DNA of 50,155 nt, filler included, from Sphacelaria rigidula (Eukaryota): NCBI GenBank assembly GCA_964200075.2. It is 9 parts of 9 records of this genome, joined end to end, with 100 filler letters (N's around TTAATTAATTAA, not from the genome) between each part and the next. Parts side by side here need not be neighbours in the genome. Positions count along the whole stretch, not along the records: positions 11,169 to 16,652 come from CAXNAA020026946.1; positions 16,753 to 22,236 come from CAXNAA020026947.1; positions 22,337 to 27,820 come from CAXNAA020026948.1; 6 more parts are not named here. One strand, written 5' to 3'. This document shows positions 11,069-24,084 of this stretch, in pieces. The translations under genes were made by a program, and so were the position numbers. Positions within the stretch are counted from its first letter, which is position 1. The number at the start of each line of letters is the position of its first letter. The notes below the pieces were generated by a model. The model worked only from the letters and a program-made list of their open reading frames with translations, ran no database searches and was not told the DNA's origin.

Positions 11069-12599
11069 NNNNNNNNNNNNNNNNNNNNNNNNNNNNNNNN
11101 NNNNNNNNNNNNTTAATTAATTAANNNNNNNNNNNNNNNNNNNNNNNNNNNNNNNNNNNNNNNNNNNNGAAAAACCTCAGTTGTAAATGCTCAGTTTTCC
11201 ATCAACGGTTCCAAAAGGGTTACATGCTGCACAAATCAAGTGGTTTGGTGTTTTTGGAGTAGAGATGTTATAAAAACAAATTTGTTTTTGGTTAGTATAT
11301 ATATGTATACATATAAACTGCACCTTTTGTACCCAATCCCAAGCACAAATGTAGCATCTACTCTTGTCTTGTTGTCCTGACTGTTGCATCGTTTGCTATT
11401 TTTCATTTTGCTGTAAATTCAATGCTTTTAGTGGCGTCATCGTCCTTCTCCGCCAGCTTTTGAACCCGGTTTATTTCGTTTCTTCTGCTATTCCTACATC
11501 AGTTTCATCATCATTGTTTTACTAATCTTTTACTTCCCCTTCCCCCTTTGTTTTTCGTGTTGTGTCGCATTTTGCATATCTTCAGGATTTTGGGGTCGAT
11601 AGTTTTCATCTGGACGACGTGCTAAGCGGCGTGGTACGCTTTATCGGTATCAGCAAACCAATTACAGCGGCTCATGTGAGTTTCGCACGGAAGAGGGCCG
11701 GAGTGTGGGTCGTCGGAGGAGAGTTTGAACGGGTTGGGGCTTTTTTTCCAGGCGGGGTTGGGCTCCAGTTTAGCGTCGGGGTGAACACTGGAATTTTGTT
11801 TCTGGTCCGTGTTTGAATTAGAGTTAGAGCTTGATATTTGCCCGTTTTTTACAATTGCGCGTGTCTTTTCGCCGAGGACCGATCGAATGTACCGTCACAC
11901 GACACTGTCATTGTCGATGGTTCATCTGTGATTTCTTGTTGAGTACTGAAAATGAGGGAAATACGGTATGGGATAATCATGTCAGTGATGCACTGCAAAT
12001 GGCATCTACTTCGAAGAACATATTCCCCCCTCCCCCTAACTCTCTCCATGTAGACGATGGTCTCTGCTTATAACATGCGTTGTGATATGATCCTTCATGT
12101 CGTCGACGGTGTGTCTACTTCTGTAGCATACCCTTAATCAGTCATGAGGTTTCTCCGTCATCGATTGATTGAATGAGTTTAGTACACTACAGGACAACAC
12201 AGTACTGTCTGCACAAATATACAATATAGCGACGGAAGAATATCAATCTCACGTATATGCTGTACCGCCTAAATTTCTGTCCTATCCTGCCCTGTACTAC
12301 AGTAGTAGTCGCGGTATTGTGTGGTGTCCAACACGTATATTTGTGAACTGAAGAAACATCCGACAAGGAGAGATGTCCATGATGTTACCAACGGGCAATC
12401 GCGCTGTGTACGAACTGCTGCAATGCATACTTATATATTCAACTGTTTGCACTTCCGCCCTGTCCAATCCTTTCCTGTACAACGTATACTTACTTCTGAG
12501 AACAAGAGAAAACGATGCAACAAAGATGATACGGATGAAATTGATTTGGTGCGTACGGTCAGTAGACGCGCGATTACGGCGTTTTCAAAACCTTGGATA

Positions 12600-13121
12600 C
12601 GAATGTAAGTCACAACCAAGTATACCTGGTGGAGTGTATACTTGTGAACACCGGTACATACTTTTATACCCAAGGTTTTGGTAGATGTGGAACGCCTCCA
12701 AATGTCCTCCATCCGAAATTTGGGTAAGTTGGGTACGACATCAAATACTCCACCAACATTCTGGGTAAGTACTCTCAGCAGCACCGGGTTATCCAGTATG
12801 ACTCGGGTATGACCTTGACTACTCTACTCAAATTTTGGGTATTTCGGGTGCGATCTCTTATACTCTACCCAACTTTAGGTAGATTGGGCACGACCTCAAA
12901 CGTGTCACCCATATTTCGTGTAAGTACTCTCAGCAATACCCGGGTGTAGAGTATGATTTGCGCATGACTTCATTACTCTACCCAACATGTGTGTGATTTG
13001 GGTACGATCTCAATGCTTTACGCAAATTTCGGGTAGAGTGGGTACAATCTCAATGCTTCACCCATAAGGTTTGAGAGCTAAGAGAATGACTCTTCAATAC
13101 ACCCTACCCGACACAGCCTTG
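12600..13121. repeat. Diverged TACTC/TACCC-rich subrepeat array ending in a hAT-like terminus (...CCCTACCCGACACAGCCTTG)
   Basis: ~42-bp units (TACTCTACCCAAATTTCGGGTAG...) plus a GTAAGTACTCTCAG(C/T)A motif, related to the array inside 25359-27074. Confidence 0.6.
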
Positions 13122-16100
13122 GAATCAACCCTTCAGGGCTCGGGGTTCTCACAGCACTCCATGATTCTGCTTCCTGCTGTTAGAATGAGGTTATGCGGTA
13201 AGCGACCAAGCCGCTAGCGACCAAAATTGGAGCATGTATTAATTTTCAGGAAAGCATGCTCAGGTAACCATGGATAACGAAGTTGGTCGGCATGACCACG
13301 ATCAAAACACTGCGCCAGTCGCCTTCTGGGTCTCGGGGGGTCAAATGACTTCATTCTACACTCAACTTGCCAACTATGTCTCTTTTCTACTCGGTTCTAG
13401 GGTACAAATCGTCTTCGAAATTCTGATCACCCTTCGACCCCCGAGATTTTCGAGATACCCGACTACCTCCGCACACACAGGACAAGCAAGTAGGCACCAC
13501 GAGCAGCTGGGGGAGTAGGAGGAGCCGTGCTCACGTGAAGGCCAAGTAACAGAGCAATGAAAGACCGAACTTACCGCTAGTGCCTACCGTCTCCAGTCCC
13601 CACTGGCAGCGGCGTTTTTCGGGGCTAGAGGTAGCCAGCATCCACCACCGTACACCGAAAGAAGAAATATCAAGAGTTTGCAGCACATGGAGTCGGCTGG
13701 TACCTCTCTTCGCTTGTTGTTTGTCCGTGATTACTTTGACTCTCCATCCCCCAAGACACTTCGCTACTACCCTGACCTGTTGAGAGTTATACCCATCGGT
13801 AACAGGTCCCCAAATAGGTACGCATACCGTTATTCATGAAAGTGTAGCGTAGAAATGTACACCAGCTATCGGTCCATGTAAAAATATCGACATATCACAG
13901 CATTGCCCGACATACGAGGCAAATTCAGGTGCTTGCTTGATATGCATTCGTGAGAAATGACGTTTCATATATCGCGATAGATGGATGCTTCACCATATTG
14001 AATATAACACCAACCTGATTTTGAAGCCTGACACACGTCCTCACTGTACTGCTCTGTATTAGACTGTGCTGTGCTGTGCGGTGATGTCTTGGGTGCGCTG
14101 TGTTCTGTGGGGTACTGCACCCCTTTTCTTGTGGCCGATCAATGAGGGATCTGGCCCGCACTGACTGCATGCCATGGTTCGAAATCGTGGTGGATTTGCA
14201 TGACACGTATCCTTCGTCCTTCTAATGACCACCCAACGAACGCGTTTTGGGTTGTTCGTTAGCCCCGGCCCGTCAAGGGTTGCGAAGCATGTAGAGGAGG
14301 AGCCTACCGGTAAGTCAAGACTCGCTTCGACCTTCACAACGACCACAAACGTCACGCGACAAAGTGATGGTATCGGAGGGTGCACGTGTGTGGTGCTGAA
14401 GCAGCGGGGAAAATGTGAATGTCTAATGTTTCTTGTTCAAGATCTCTTCAGTTGATCCAATTGATTTGATTGTTTGTCCCACCTTAACTGAGCCGCCAGG
14501 GGTCCATCCGTGTTCACCTGATTTCTCCATATGATGAAAATACTTCCACTTGCAATGCGTACGTACACATATATATAGGTTCTGTTTCTTCGAGCGGAGT
14601 TCATGTACGGAGAGGCCTCGGAAACGTTGGTGGCGGAGCATACCATTCTGGGGGAGAAGCGGCGAAGGAAGGTAAGTGAACAACTCAGTCGAACCCAACA
14701 TTCTTCCGCGGTTTTGATAGTTCTCGATTGGGACGTCACAAGGGTTTTGCGTCGGCGTTCAGTGCTCGGGAAATGATCCCACCGGTGCGCTTGTCTTGTG
14801 CTTTTATGGGAACGGTCGCCCTTGCTTCTTCCCGATCAAGAGAATGGATGTGAGGCTTGTTCGTGAACTCGTATACTGGTAACACAGACCGCAGGTTGGA
14901 AACAACCCACGGTAGGCTTGACCCAGAGCGGTGCACTGCCCCGACATGAGGGCAGTTGCAAGCAGTCATAGTGGGTCGAATATGGACGCCATTGCTTTTA
15001 ATGATGAAGTACGTGAGAGCATACAAACCTACTTTACACCCCGTACAAGTAACACCTGACTAGTTTGTGGGAACTACTAGTGGTTGTTCGAGGTCGTTGC
15101 TCGCTCGATAACTAGTTGCAGACAGTACTTCCATTAGCACTGCGGAGCACCTGAAATATCGGCTGCTCAAGATACTGGGTGTTCCTTCCAGATTATGTAG
15201 AACACCAACTGTCGAAAATAGTGAGTGTTTCAAAGTATCTGGAGGGCCGACGGCTCCATTTGCTCATATTCGCACATCAGCCCATCCCAAGCATCTTTGA
15301 CAGGTTTCTGACCGAGTAGTTGTCCACACGCCACCAGTTGCACAGGTTTCTGAGTGACTGTTGGCGCACAACCAGTTGCACAGGTTTTCCACGGAGAATC
15401 GCATGTGTCATTGTCGTAATTCACATGTTGCCATGGCATACCCCCACCAGGATGAAGCAGCCGCGGCGGTGGAACTGGGGTCCCCCGAGGAGGCAATTCG
15501 AGCACAGCAGATGTCGCCGTTCGTCGACCAACGACACATACATTTCGTACACTCGCAGGTGAGAATGACGCCCCACTACCCCCCAGGCGGGATCGTCGTG
15601 ACCCCAGTACTAACCCTCCAACGAACGCATGTTGTAGCGGGGTATTCCCGGACATGTTTGCTTTGATGATGACGATTGCCTAGCTTACTACTAGCCGTGA
15701 AGTCGTCTTCGCTTGCCTTGCGTTGAAGGTGAGCCGCAAATCGATCGTGACCCTTACTGCAGTAACTGGAAGGCGACAGGAAGCGCCGCACACGTGCCGT
15801 GCATTGACCAACGACACATACGCTTCCTGCATACAAAGCCAGGCGAGATGCCCAGGCCTGAGCCATCGGTCGTAACGTACCCTTCGTTGAGCCTTGACGG
15901 GGTTTCCGTTGTGTCCTGAGGTACTTGATTTCCCTCGGGATTTAGATCGGGGCCTAGAGGAGCGTGCGGGGTGTTCATCATGCCTGAATCTGTGGACGCA
16001 TGGCCGTCCGATTTAGGTATCCGATTGCACACATGAAAATAGGTTGCTGGTGTCGACTTTGAGGTTTTGGTGTGGTGTTCGGCTCCTCGTCTTCGGACTG

Positions 16101-16752
16101 TATCGCTGTGGTTCCGTGGTATATGCAGTCGTGCATGGTTCGGCTGTTGGCCCGGCAACCTTTGGCTGCACTGCTGGTCATGACGAGATGGCAGCGTTGA
16201 CGCTTCATACTCTGGCGACATGACGCTGCACAGCGCTGATCGCCCGTCGATTGAGCTATAGTCTAGTACTTTATAGTACACTAGTACATCCCCAACGAGA
16301 CTGCGTAGTGGTAAGACCCACTTTTATGGCAACGAATCTTCATCTTTTTGGGACCCCGATTCTGAAAAAATCGAGGGGACTCAAATTCGTCAACTCAAAA
16401 TTGGGGGGACCGTTTCATGGCACAGACAGTACAGTATCACACAGATTTGAAAGGGTTCTGTACACAGACGGTCATTTTCTGCATGAGTGCGGTACTGCAT
16501 TCTAGTGTATGAAGCCGAAGAGCAGGCAGGCGGTAAACAATCCTTCGAGCACAGTGTCGTACCTTGGTACCCTAGGATAATACAGTGCAGGACACAACAT
16601 CAGTACAGTAAATGATGATGCCGTGTGGTAGTACATGATGGCACAGCCGGTANNNNNNNNNNNNNNNNNNNNNNNNNNNNNNNNNNNNNNNNNNNNTTAA
16701 TTAATTAANNNNNNNNNNNNNNNNNNNNNNNNNNNNNNNNNNNNNNNNNNNN

Positions 16753-16990
16753 TCGTTTTTTTCACAACTCGCAATCGCGCGAGTGCGACCTCTATCATTT
16801 TTTTGCACAACGAGCCATGACTCGAGTGCTCGCCCTATTCATTTTTTGCACAACGAGCCATGACTCGAGCGCTCGCCCCATTCGTTTTTTGCACAACGAG
16901 CAATGACTCGAGCGCGCGCCATATTATTTTTTCGGCCAACGAGCAGCCCAACGAGAGCGAGTGCCACGAGTGACATTCGTGCTCGTCCAA
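16753..16990 (+). repeat. Right-hand array and end of the ACAACGAGCAATGACTCGAG element family
   Basis: Four ~42-bp units and the same terminal sequence as 8073-8395. Confidence 0.85.
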
Positions 16991-17255
16991 CGTATGCAAT
17001 TTTTTCCGATGGAAACAATATCTGTGAGTGCTTCTTCTCACTCTGGGATAGGTTCGACATGTTTTACACCGAGATGGGCGCGCCCTCTCGCGTGATCACT
17101 CCCAGCAATCTCTTGGTGAACGAAGCGGGGGCCACTGTTCTGTGCAATGTACACTGCCTGCGCGGCTGTACCGCTTGTGCCGTACAAGAAATATTCTCCG
17201 TCCGTGTATGCATGCAGACACTGTACAGCTCTGTGCTGTCTGTGCGGTACTGAGT

Positions 17256-17396
17256 ACAGCTATACCCAATGCACAGTAGTTACTGTCTATACAGGTAACT
17301 GCAGCCTGTCCGAGGGGATGAGCTTTACAGCTGTACCTCAAGCACAGCAGTGACTGTCTGTACAGGTGGCTGCAGCCTGTTCGATGGGATGAGCTT
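17256..17396 (+). repeat. ~71-bp tandem duplication
   Basis: ACAGCT.TACC.A.GCACAG.AGT.ACTGTCT.TACAGGT..CTGCAGCCTGT.CGA.GGGATGAGCTT occurs twice. Confidence 0.75.
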
Positions 17397-20300
17397 CTTT
17401 TATGAACCCTTTTTCCCTCTAAAAGTGCATCTCTCTGGAAGCAGCAATCTTCTTTCGGCGAGATTAGCGGAGGCACAGAACTATCTGTAAAAAAGGCTCG
17501 AATGTTTCGAGGTTGTGTTCTACAATGTAGGGAAGTGGGGGATTTTTGGTTGGCACGAACGATACAGAACTACGTCTCGAACATTTTTGGGTGGTTGGGA
17601 TTGGTATTTAACGATAAAATACCTCTTTTGTACGTCTGTAAATACCCCATCAACAATTTTCCAGAGAGGTTATTTTCAGATCCACGAAGCGACCGCAATG
17701 AATCAGTGCGTGAAAAAATCAACAGAAGGAACAAATGAGTGAATAAATGCGTCGATGAATCCATGAACAAGCGGATGGATACTTGATTAAAAAAAAAAAA
17801 CGTACACATTTCTTCAACCGTCGGCCAGCTCCGCGGTAGTTAGTCGGGGTGAACACGGTTGGCACGACGGGGCACAACACGTGTTGCCGCCAGCAAGTTG
17901 CGGTGTACGGGACACCACCCAGGATTGCTCTTTGACCAAGTACCAGTTCGCATCAACGATATCGCTATATTCCATAATCTAACATCGACACCAGCCCAAT
18001 CTTCGTGCTCACCATACACTCATGGTAAGATTATAGGAGATGGATATGTTACACGTATTCGTGATGTATCAACATGATATTAGATCGAATCTGCCGAAGC
18101 TGCCGCTGCGCCTTTGTGGTCAACGTGATAACACCAGTGGCTAGTTGAGGCACAAGGTTTGAGGTTCCGATTCCGACAGACACGAAATTTCTCAACAGCA
18201 TCTCCGGCTTCCGGCGTCGAAAGGGTGAGGATGTGCGTGGCGAAGAAAAAACAAGAGTGGATGGGATGCAGGAGTGCTGATCCGATCTCGACAATGAAAT
18301 ATCAGGCAGTACCACAAGAGAGACGGGTTCATCCGCTGAGACTACGAGCTCGTCCCGACGAACGGGTGGGGATAAAAATGTGACGAATACATGCATATAA
18401 AGATAAAGATCAGGCCAATTTTGGTGCGCTCTATGGATGTCACACAGCCACACAGACATGGAGCATGGCACACACCTGACTATGCTGTTCCCGTGGTCGT
18501 TGATGCTCGTTGCAGATGATGTTTCCGTTCGCCCACCACTTGTCTACCGTCTTGATCACATTCTCCTGTTTTCAAATAGTTGACGTATGAAGTATTCATT
18601 GTTGCAGTAAACCGACCCACTACACTTCTAGCCGTGGTCAAGAGCTGACAGTCTCCAACGTGGATAGACGGGAAACAACATTCGCTCGAGCAATCTTCAG
18701 AGCGCATTAAGGGACACAACGATGAGACACTGAGAAAAAATCCGGTATAAACCGAACAAGAGACATGAATCACATCATGGTTATTCGTGATAAGTGTGTT
18801 TACACACCCCCAACAACCCCTGCCGCCCCCCCGTCAGTACCCTCCCTCCCCTCGGGGAATGTTCGCGGCATATCACAGCTCGCTGTTCAAATTATGAAAC
18901 GGTGGATGCGTTGCGTAGTAGTTATTGGTGAAAAAGGTACAAAACGTGGGATAAACACCGGAGAACTTTTCCATGAGTGCGTGTGCTGCAAGACAGAGAC
19001 ACGACGAAGACGTGAGACATCGACCGACGGAGCGGTTTTCATGCTGGCGGTAGGAAAATGAATTCCTTGACTCCGAAGTATGCAGCCAATTTCGAGTGAG
19101 TGGCGTGTATGCCAGCGCGAAAATTACTCACCCGACTCCAATCATGGCTGCTTAAGGCCGCTTCTCATGACGAAACAAAAGAAAAGTCTGGACAACTGCA
19201 GGAACCACACCACATAGGGGGGGGGAAACTCCCACACGTATCCCTCGAGGAATCATATCTTGACGTTGGCTACATCAGTTAGCTTCGAACTCACGCGTGC
19301 AAAGCACATTGACCTCGCATAGAAGGAAGAAATTCCCGCAAGTGTATCTCGAGGAACCACCTTTTCACAAAAACGGGGTTTTTTTTCGGATCCTGCGTCG
19401 TATTACGACCCAAACAAGAATAAACCGGATTTTAAGCCTTGGAACGCCTTGCGGTACTCGTCGAGACGGTTCCAGCACACCAGTGCGTTTTCCCTGAGGC
19501 CGCAGTTTTTTCTTGGCCGAACTCGTACTTTTCTCAAGGACTGCTCAATTTTCTCGGAGACCGGTGGAGTCCAGAAGAATCCAAGAATTTTCCTAGACTC
19601 CACCGGTGTCCGACAACAATGAGCAGTCTCGGAAAAAAATGGATGAAAAAAATACTGCGGTCATCGTGAAGAAGCACATGTATGCTGGAACCGTCTCAAG
19701 GAGCACGACAAGGCGTTTCAAGGTGAAAAAACCCGCTCAAGTCTCATTTAGGGCGTACAACGACGTAGAAACCCCAAACATATTTATTTTCGTTGCCATA
19801 AGAAGCGGCCTGACGGGTAAAAATCCCGCGGAAACGAAGTCCCCCGCGAAACGAGACGGATTTTTCCATTCGGTTCCCTCCGGTCCTGACAAATCCCCGA
19901 ATACCCCATCACGTCCCGCTCTCCCGTGAAAAGTCCTGACGTAAAAGTACGAATTTCCCCGCAGTAAAGTTCCCGAACTCTTGGCAGTGGAGAGCGTGAT
20001 AGCATGAATGAAAACAGGCTTTATGCTACATTTCCGTGTCTTCATGGTTCTTGCTTTGTTAATGTACCTTTCGATAGCTTTCCTCTTTTTTCCGGTAGTA
20101 GTCCGGCAGGTTCTCCTCTTTCACCCCTAACCTGAGGCCGCGACCGACAAGTTGTAAAATAACATGGAAAAAAAAAAAGAGACAAAGCAATTAAACATAT
20201 GCGCACACTGCACAGCACAGTGAATATGTAAGAAACAAAAGTGGTTAGAAAAAGACGCGCAACTTGAGGCTCTTGGCCGTTCTACAACACAGTACGAGCT

Positions 20301-21088
20301 GGGCCCACCAAGAGCTTCACCAAAGTCGCTACGCGAAGTTATAATATGTCAACCTGGAACCTTTATTTTTTCACGCGTAACTTGCGAAGAATTCGCCGAC
20401 ACAGGTTTGGATTCCTTACCTTGCTTGTTATTATCGCCGAGATACGATCAACCCGAATGTCTCATTGAAAGTCGGGAGGTGGTCGGCGGGAATAGAGAAG
20501 AAGAACAAGCGGGGTGGAGATCTAACTCTGTGTGAGCAAGTTTCTTGCGAATCAAGAGTCAAAACTCCAGGTGTCAAGTCGAACAGAGGAACCCGCTGCT
20601 CGCGCGTGATGATATTTGCGTCAAGACCGCGTTGCGCTCAAACTTACAAATGATTTTCCAGCTGCTCGTTGGCGTTTTGTGTATTGGAGGGGTTCGGCTT
20701 TGATTTGTACTTGCGTCGATTGGTGTGCACACGGGTTCCGTCACGAGTTTTCCCTACACTGGAACAAAACGACAAAGGATCGCACGAGAAAATGGCGACC
20801 TATTCCTGACAATTATCAAGTAATATATATCCGGTGCAAACCAAGTCGTGTAACCACTCTATCCATATCATTCAAGCCTCGGTAGAACTACTTCATCACG
20901 GTGTGGGGCAGGTCTTGTCATTTCATCGTCCCGGAACGCTTGCCATATATATACGAGAAAAAAACTGTCCGATTTTCCTCGCTGGTCGCTCGATCGCCTT
21001 ACCCTCTCTGCTGATGCGATTGGTCCGAGCGCCGCTCGAAATGAAAACAGACGTGAACACTACATCCACGAGGTAGCACCAACGCACA

Positions 21089-21397
21089 CTTTTTTTTTTT
21101 CCTCACAATTTGAACACCTCCCCTTCCTCGAGGTGAGTCCGTGGTATCAAGGGATCAACCCATCTCTCCCCCGGTACGTGCCTTTCATTTTGATCTCGCG
21201 GATTGGATCAGCACTCCCCCACCGCGTCAACTGTCGTCACACAAACCTGGTCGGCTACTTTTGTTTACTCATGTTCTCACACTATCCACGGTGGAAATCA
21301 TACATTACGAAGAAAAACCCTAACGCATCAGGAATCGAACCCCCGTTCTCTCCACCCTGATGGCGACAGTCGGATCATTACACAACCGGGGCGCGGC
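21089..21397 (-). mobile_element. tRNA-derived SINE, family B; second copy at 49920-50155
   Basis: Minus strand GCCGCGCCCCGGTTGTGTAATG...GGGGGTTCGATTCC (B box), with an A-rich tail. The body GAGTCCGTGGT.TCAAGGGATCAACC.ATCTCTC...CCACGGTGGAAATCA is shared with C9. Confidence 0.8.
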
Positions 21398-21677
21398 AGT
21401 CTGGGGCACAGGAAGGTTGAACCCTGAAAAAGATGCCTCCGAGAGCCGATTACCAATTTTGACGAACATCCAGTACATAATCTCTACACCTGTGCATGTT
21501 TTCGAGAGGAGTGCAGTATGTCCCTATCCATCTCCAGAGCAAAAGCAAGGCAAAGACAGTAGCATTTCCAAGAGCTGCACCCCCCCCCCCGCCCCTGGTT
21601 GCCTTCCCGAAAGCGCGAAAGCCCGACCGCGATCTTGACTGCCCAGACGAAAACAGTCAGTATCCTGCCGTACTCAC

Positions 21678-21788
21678 GCGCCGTCCCAGTCGTTCGTGTA
21701 ATCCTTGTTGGCGAAGGGAGCGAAAACAACGAGGCGTCGATCTCGGATGGCCACGAAGATGCCACACCTCATGTGATGAAACAGATAC
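21678..21788 (-). CDS. Exon of a probable glycosyltransferase family 90 (CAP10/KDELC-like) protein, N-terminal region
   Basis: GGACAG acceptor, GC|GTGAGT donor, 111 nt, phase 2-2. (R)YLFHHMRCGIFVAIRDRRLVVFAPFANKDYTNDW matches the Y.F.....GIFV.I......F.PF.N..Y.N.W motif I recall from stramenopile and giant-virus GT90 proteins. Confidence 0.6.
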
Positions 21789-22013
21789 CTGTCCACAGCC
21801 AGACGGAAAAAGAAAATAATAAGTGAAGCACGATAACTAACACCTTCAGAATATGGACATGAGAGCGACTAGAAAAAGTATCCTTTCAACCCGGAATATA
21901 AACGGAAACATCAAACATTCCGCATGTTGGATCAGCTGGTAAGCTCGATCCTTCTTGACCAACGCCTGAGAGAGCGATAGGAATATAAACAGGAATATCG
22001 AACATTCTGCACG

Positions 22014-22156
22014 TTGGCTCAGTTGGTGATCTCAAAACGTTCTTACGGTTGAAATGCGGGTTTGAATCTCGGTGAAGGCACACAAGATGTGAATATTTTG
22101 TCGACGCCATGCCCAACAGCGGAGAGCGACCACGTCGTGAGTACACAAAAAAAAAA
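22014..22156 (+). mobile_element. Diverged SINE family A copy
   Basis: TGGCTCAGTTGG A box, GGGTTTGAATCTC B box, then ATGCCCAACAG.GGAGAGCGAC...GTACACAAAA, the reverse complement of 2980-3020. Confidence 0.7.
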
Positions 22157-22404
22157 AAACGATTTCACGGTCAACGAGGGGAAAGGACAGGTGAAACAAA
22201 CCCCCCAGTTAACCCTCCTCCTGCCCCACCCCCGCCNNNNNNNNNNNNNNNNNNNNNNNNNNNNNNNNNNNNNNNNNNNNTTAATTAATTAANNNNNNNN
22301 NNNNNNNNNNNNNNNNNNNNNNNNNNNNNNNNNNNNAGGGGAGGGGGGGGGGGGGAAGGAATCTAAAGACTCTATTCATACAGCCTTTTTGAATGTTTCA
22401 GAGC

Positions 22405-22498
22405 ACCTGTGTGCAAAATTTCAGCGTCTAACTCGAGAAAACGGCATGGAATATTACTCGGGAGGAAAATCCGGTTAATCACCCTGAACCACCCTGTA
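22405..22498. mobile_element. Tc1/mariner-like MITE right end
   Basis: Ends GAACCACCCTG|TA (reverse TA|CAGGGTGGTTC). The internal GTGCAAAATTTCAGCGTC motif also occurs at 8399-8417. Confidence 0.5.
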
Positions 22499-22769
22499 TG
22501 GAAAAATGGGCAGTGGGAAAATATGTTGTAGACTAGGTCGAAGGGGAAAATGTGGAGAATAACGAAGAAGATGACAGAATACGCGAAAGGGTCTATGATG
22601 CTAGACGAGGAAATATCGAATATTTTGATATATCACAAGAAGTTAAAAAAGGATGTACGTTATCACCCACTTTACTCGAGGTGTTTATTCATGACCTGAT
22701 AAAAGAGCAGAAGAAGCAACAAAGCAAGGAGTTAAGGCGGGAGGAAAGATAATATGGTGTCGGGATTGA

Positions 22770-23588
22770 ACAACGTTTTCGTGCGATGAAAGAGTAGAGA
22801 GCTGTATGAAAGTGGCTTTGATCATTCGCTTTAACTTCGCCATTCTTCCATTCCGTGTGTGCTTTTCTTTGCCTCCATCGCTGGCGTGTACCTACAGCTA
22901 CACGTCGATATCCTACTCAGGGATATCAAGGGCCTCAGTGGCAAGCTACAACAGAAAGCTTATTGGATCTCGTGGAGGGTCATTTCGGAACTGAAACGAT
23001 TTATTCACTAGTTGGTTGCTTTTCACTCTCGATCGTATCCTCTACTCTCAATCTCACGAACACATTGTCAGGTGGGGGGACATTTCGGATCTGAAACGAT
23101 TCATTCACTAGATGATTGCTTTTCACTCTCAGTCATATCCTCCTCTACTCTCAATCTCACGAAACCGCTGTTGTCACATTTCGGAACTGAAACGATTCAT
23201 TCACTAATTGATTGCTTCTCATTGCAATCTCAATCGTATCCTCTACTCTCACTCTCACGAAAACACTGTTGTCGTCGACAACAGTGTTTTCGTGAGAGTG
23301 AGAGTAGAGGATACGATTGAGATTGCAATGAGAAGCAATCAATTAGTAAATGAATCGTTTCAGTTCCGAAACGCCCCTCCACGAGGCCGAATATGCTTTT
23401 TGTAGTAGCTTGCCACTAAGACCCTTGATACCCCTGAGTAGGATATTGACGTGTAGCTGTAAGCATACGCCACTTATGAAGGCAAAGAAAAACACACATG
23501 AAATGGAAAAATGGCTAAGTTAGAGCGAATGATCAAAGCCACTCTCAATCAGCGCTCTACTCTCAATCTCACGAAGACGTTGCTTGTT
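22770..23588. mobile_element. ~820-bp foldback (long inverted-repeat) element with ATTG(A) target-site duplication
   Basis: Arms 22770-22990 and 23370-23588 are imperfect reverse complements. Near-perfect central palindrome 23179-23371. ATTGA at 22765-22769 and 23589-23593 restores the LINE GGATTGATGTTCGC. Confidence 0.85.
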
Positions 23589-23856
23589 ATTGATGTTCGC
23601 TGGTGATTCCGTGGGGTTATCTAAACCACAAGAATTGCAGAGACGAACAGAGAAGGCGCCATAACACACTAAAATAGGAAATGGAGAGTGAGAACGAACG
23701 CAACCAAACGCGTGGTACTGATATGTAACGAGGAAACCATGAAAAAAAAACGGTAGCGCTCAAATGGACATGGGGAGAGGAGGAATTGCCGATCGTAGAC
23801 CAGTATACACACCTTGGCGCACACATACAGTATGCTTTTTTTTCGGGGGGGAGGGT

Positions 23857-23998
23857 GAGTGATTCTACGGGAGGGGTACACCTTTTAGTCCAAAGATTTT
23901 CTGAACCTGCGCACTAGGGCCCAGATGTTTGTCATCGAAAGGCTCCGAAAATTCAGGGCCTCGGAAAAAAAAAACGTACCCCTACCGTAGAACCATTT
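23857..23998. mobile_element. Short MITE with GAGTGATTCTACGG(G/T)AGGGGTAC-type TIRs
   Basis: Left GAGTGATTCTACGGGAGGGGTAC, right GTACCCCTACCGTAGAACCATTT. A related end TGCACCCCTACCGTAGCATTGCTC lies at 33541-33564. Confidence 0.6.
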
Positions 23999-24084
23999 AG
24001 ATCCACAACTGAAGAAAGTAGTATACAAGGGTACGGCGCAGGTAGGCAAGATGGACGTGGTCGTAAGAGACTCGCACCAAGATA

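Noticed and set aside
23157..23405. Two opposite-strand ORFs with near-identical peptide MIASHCNLNRILYSHSHENT
   Set aside because: This is a by-product of the DNA palindrome.
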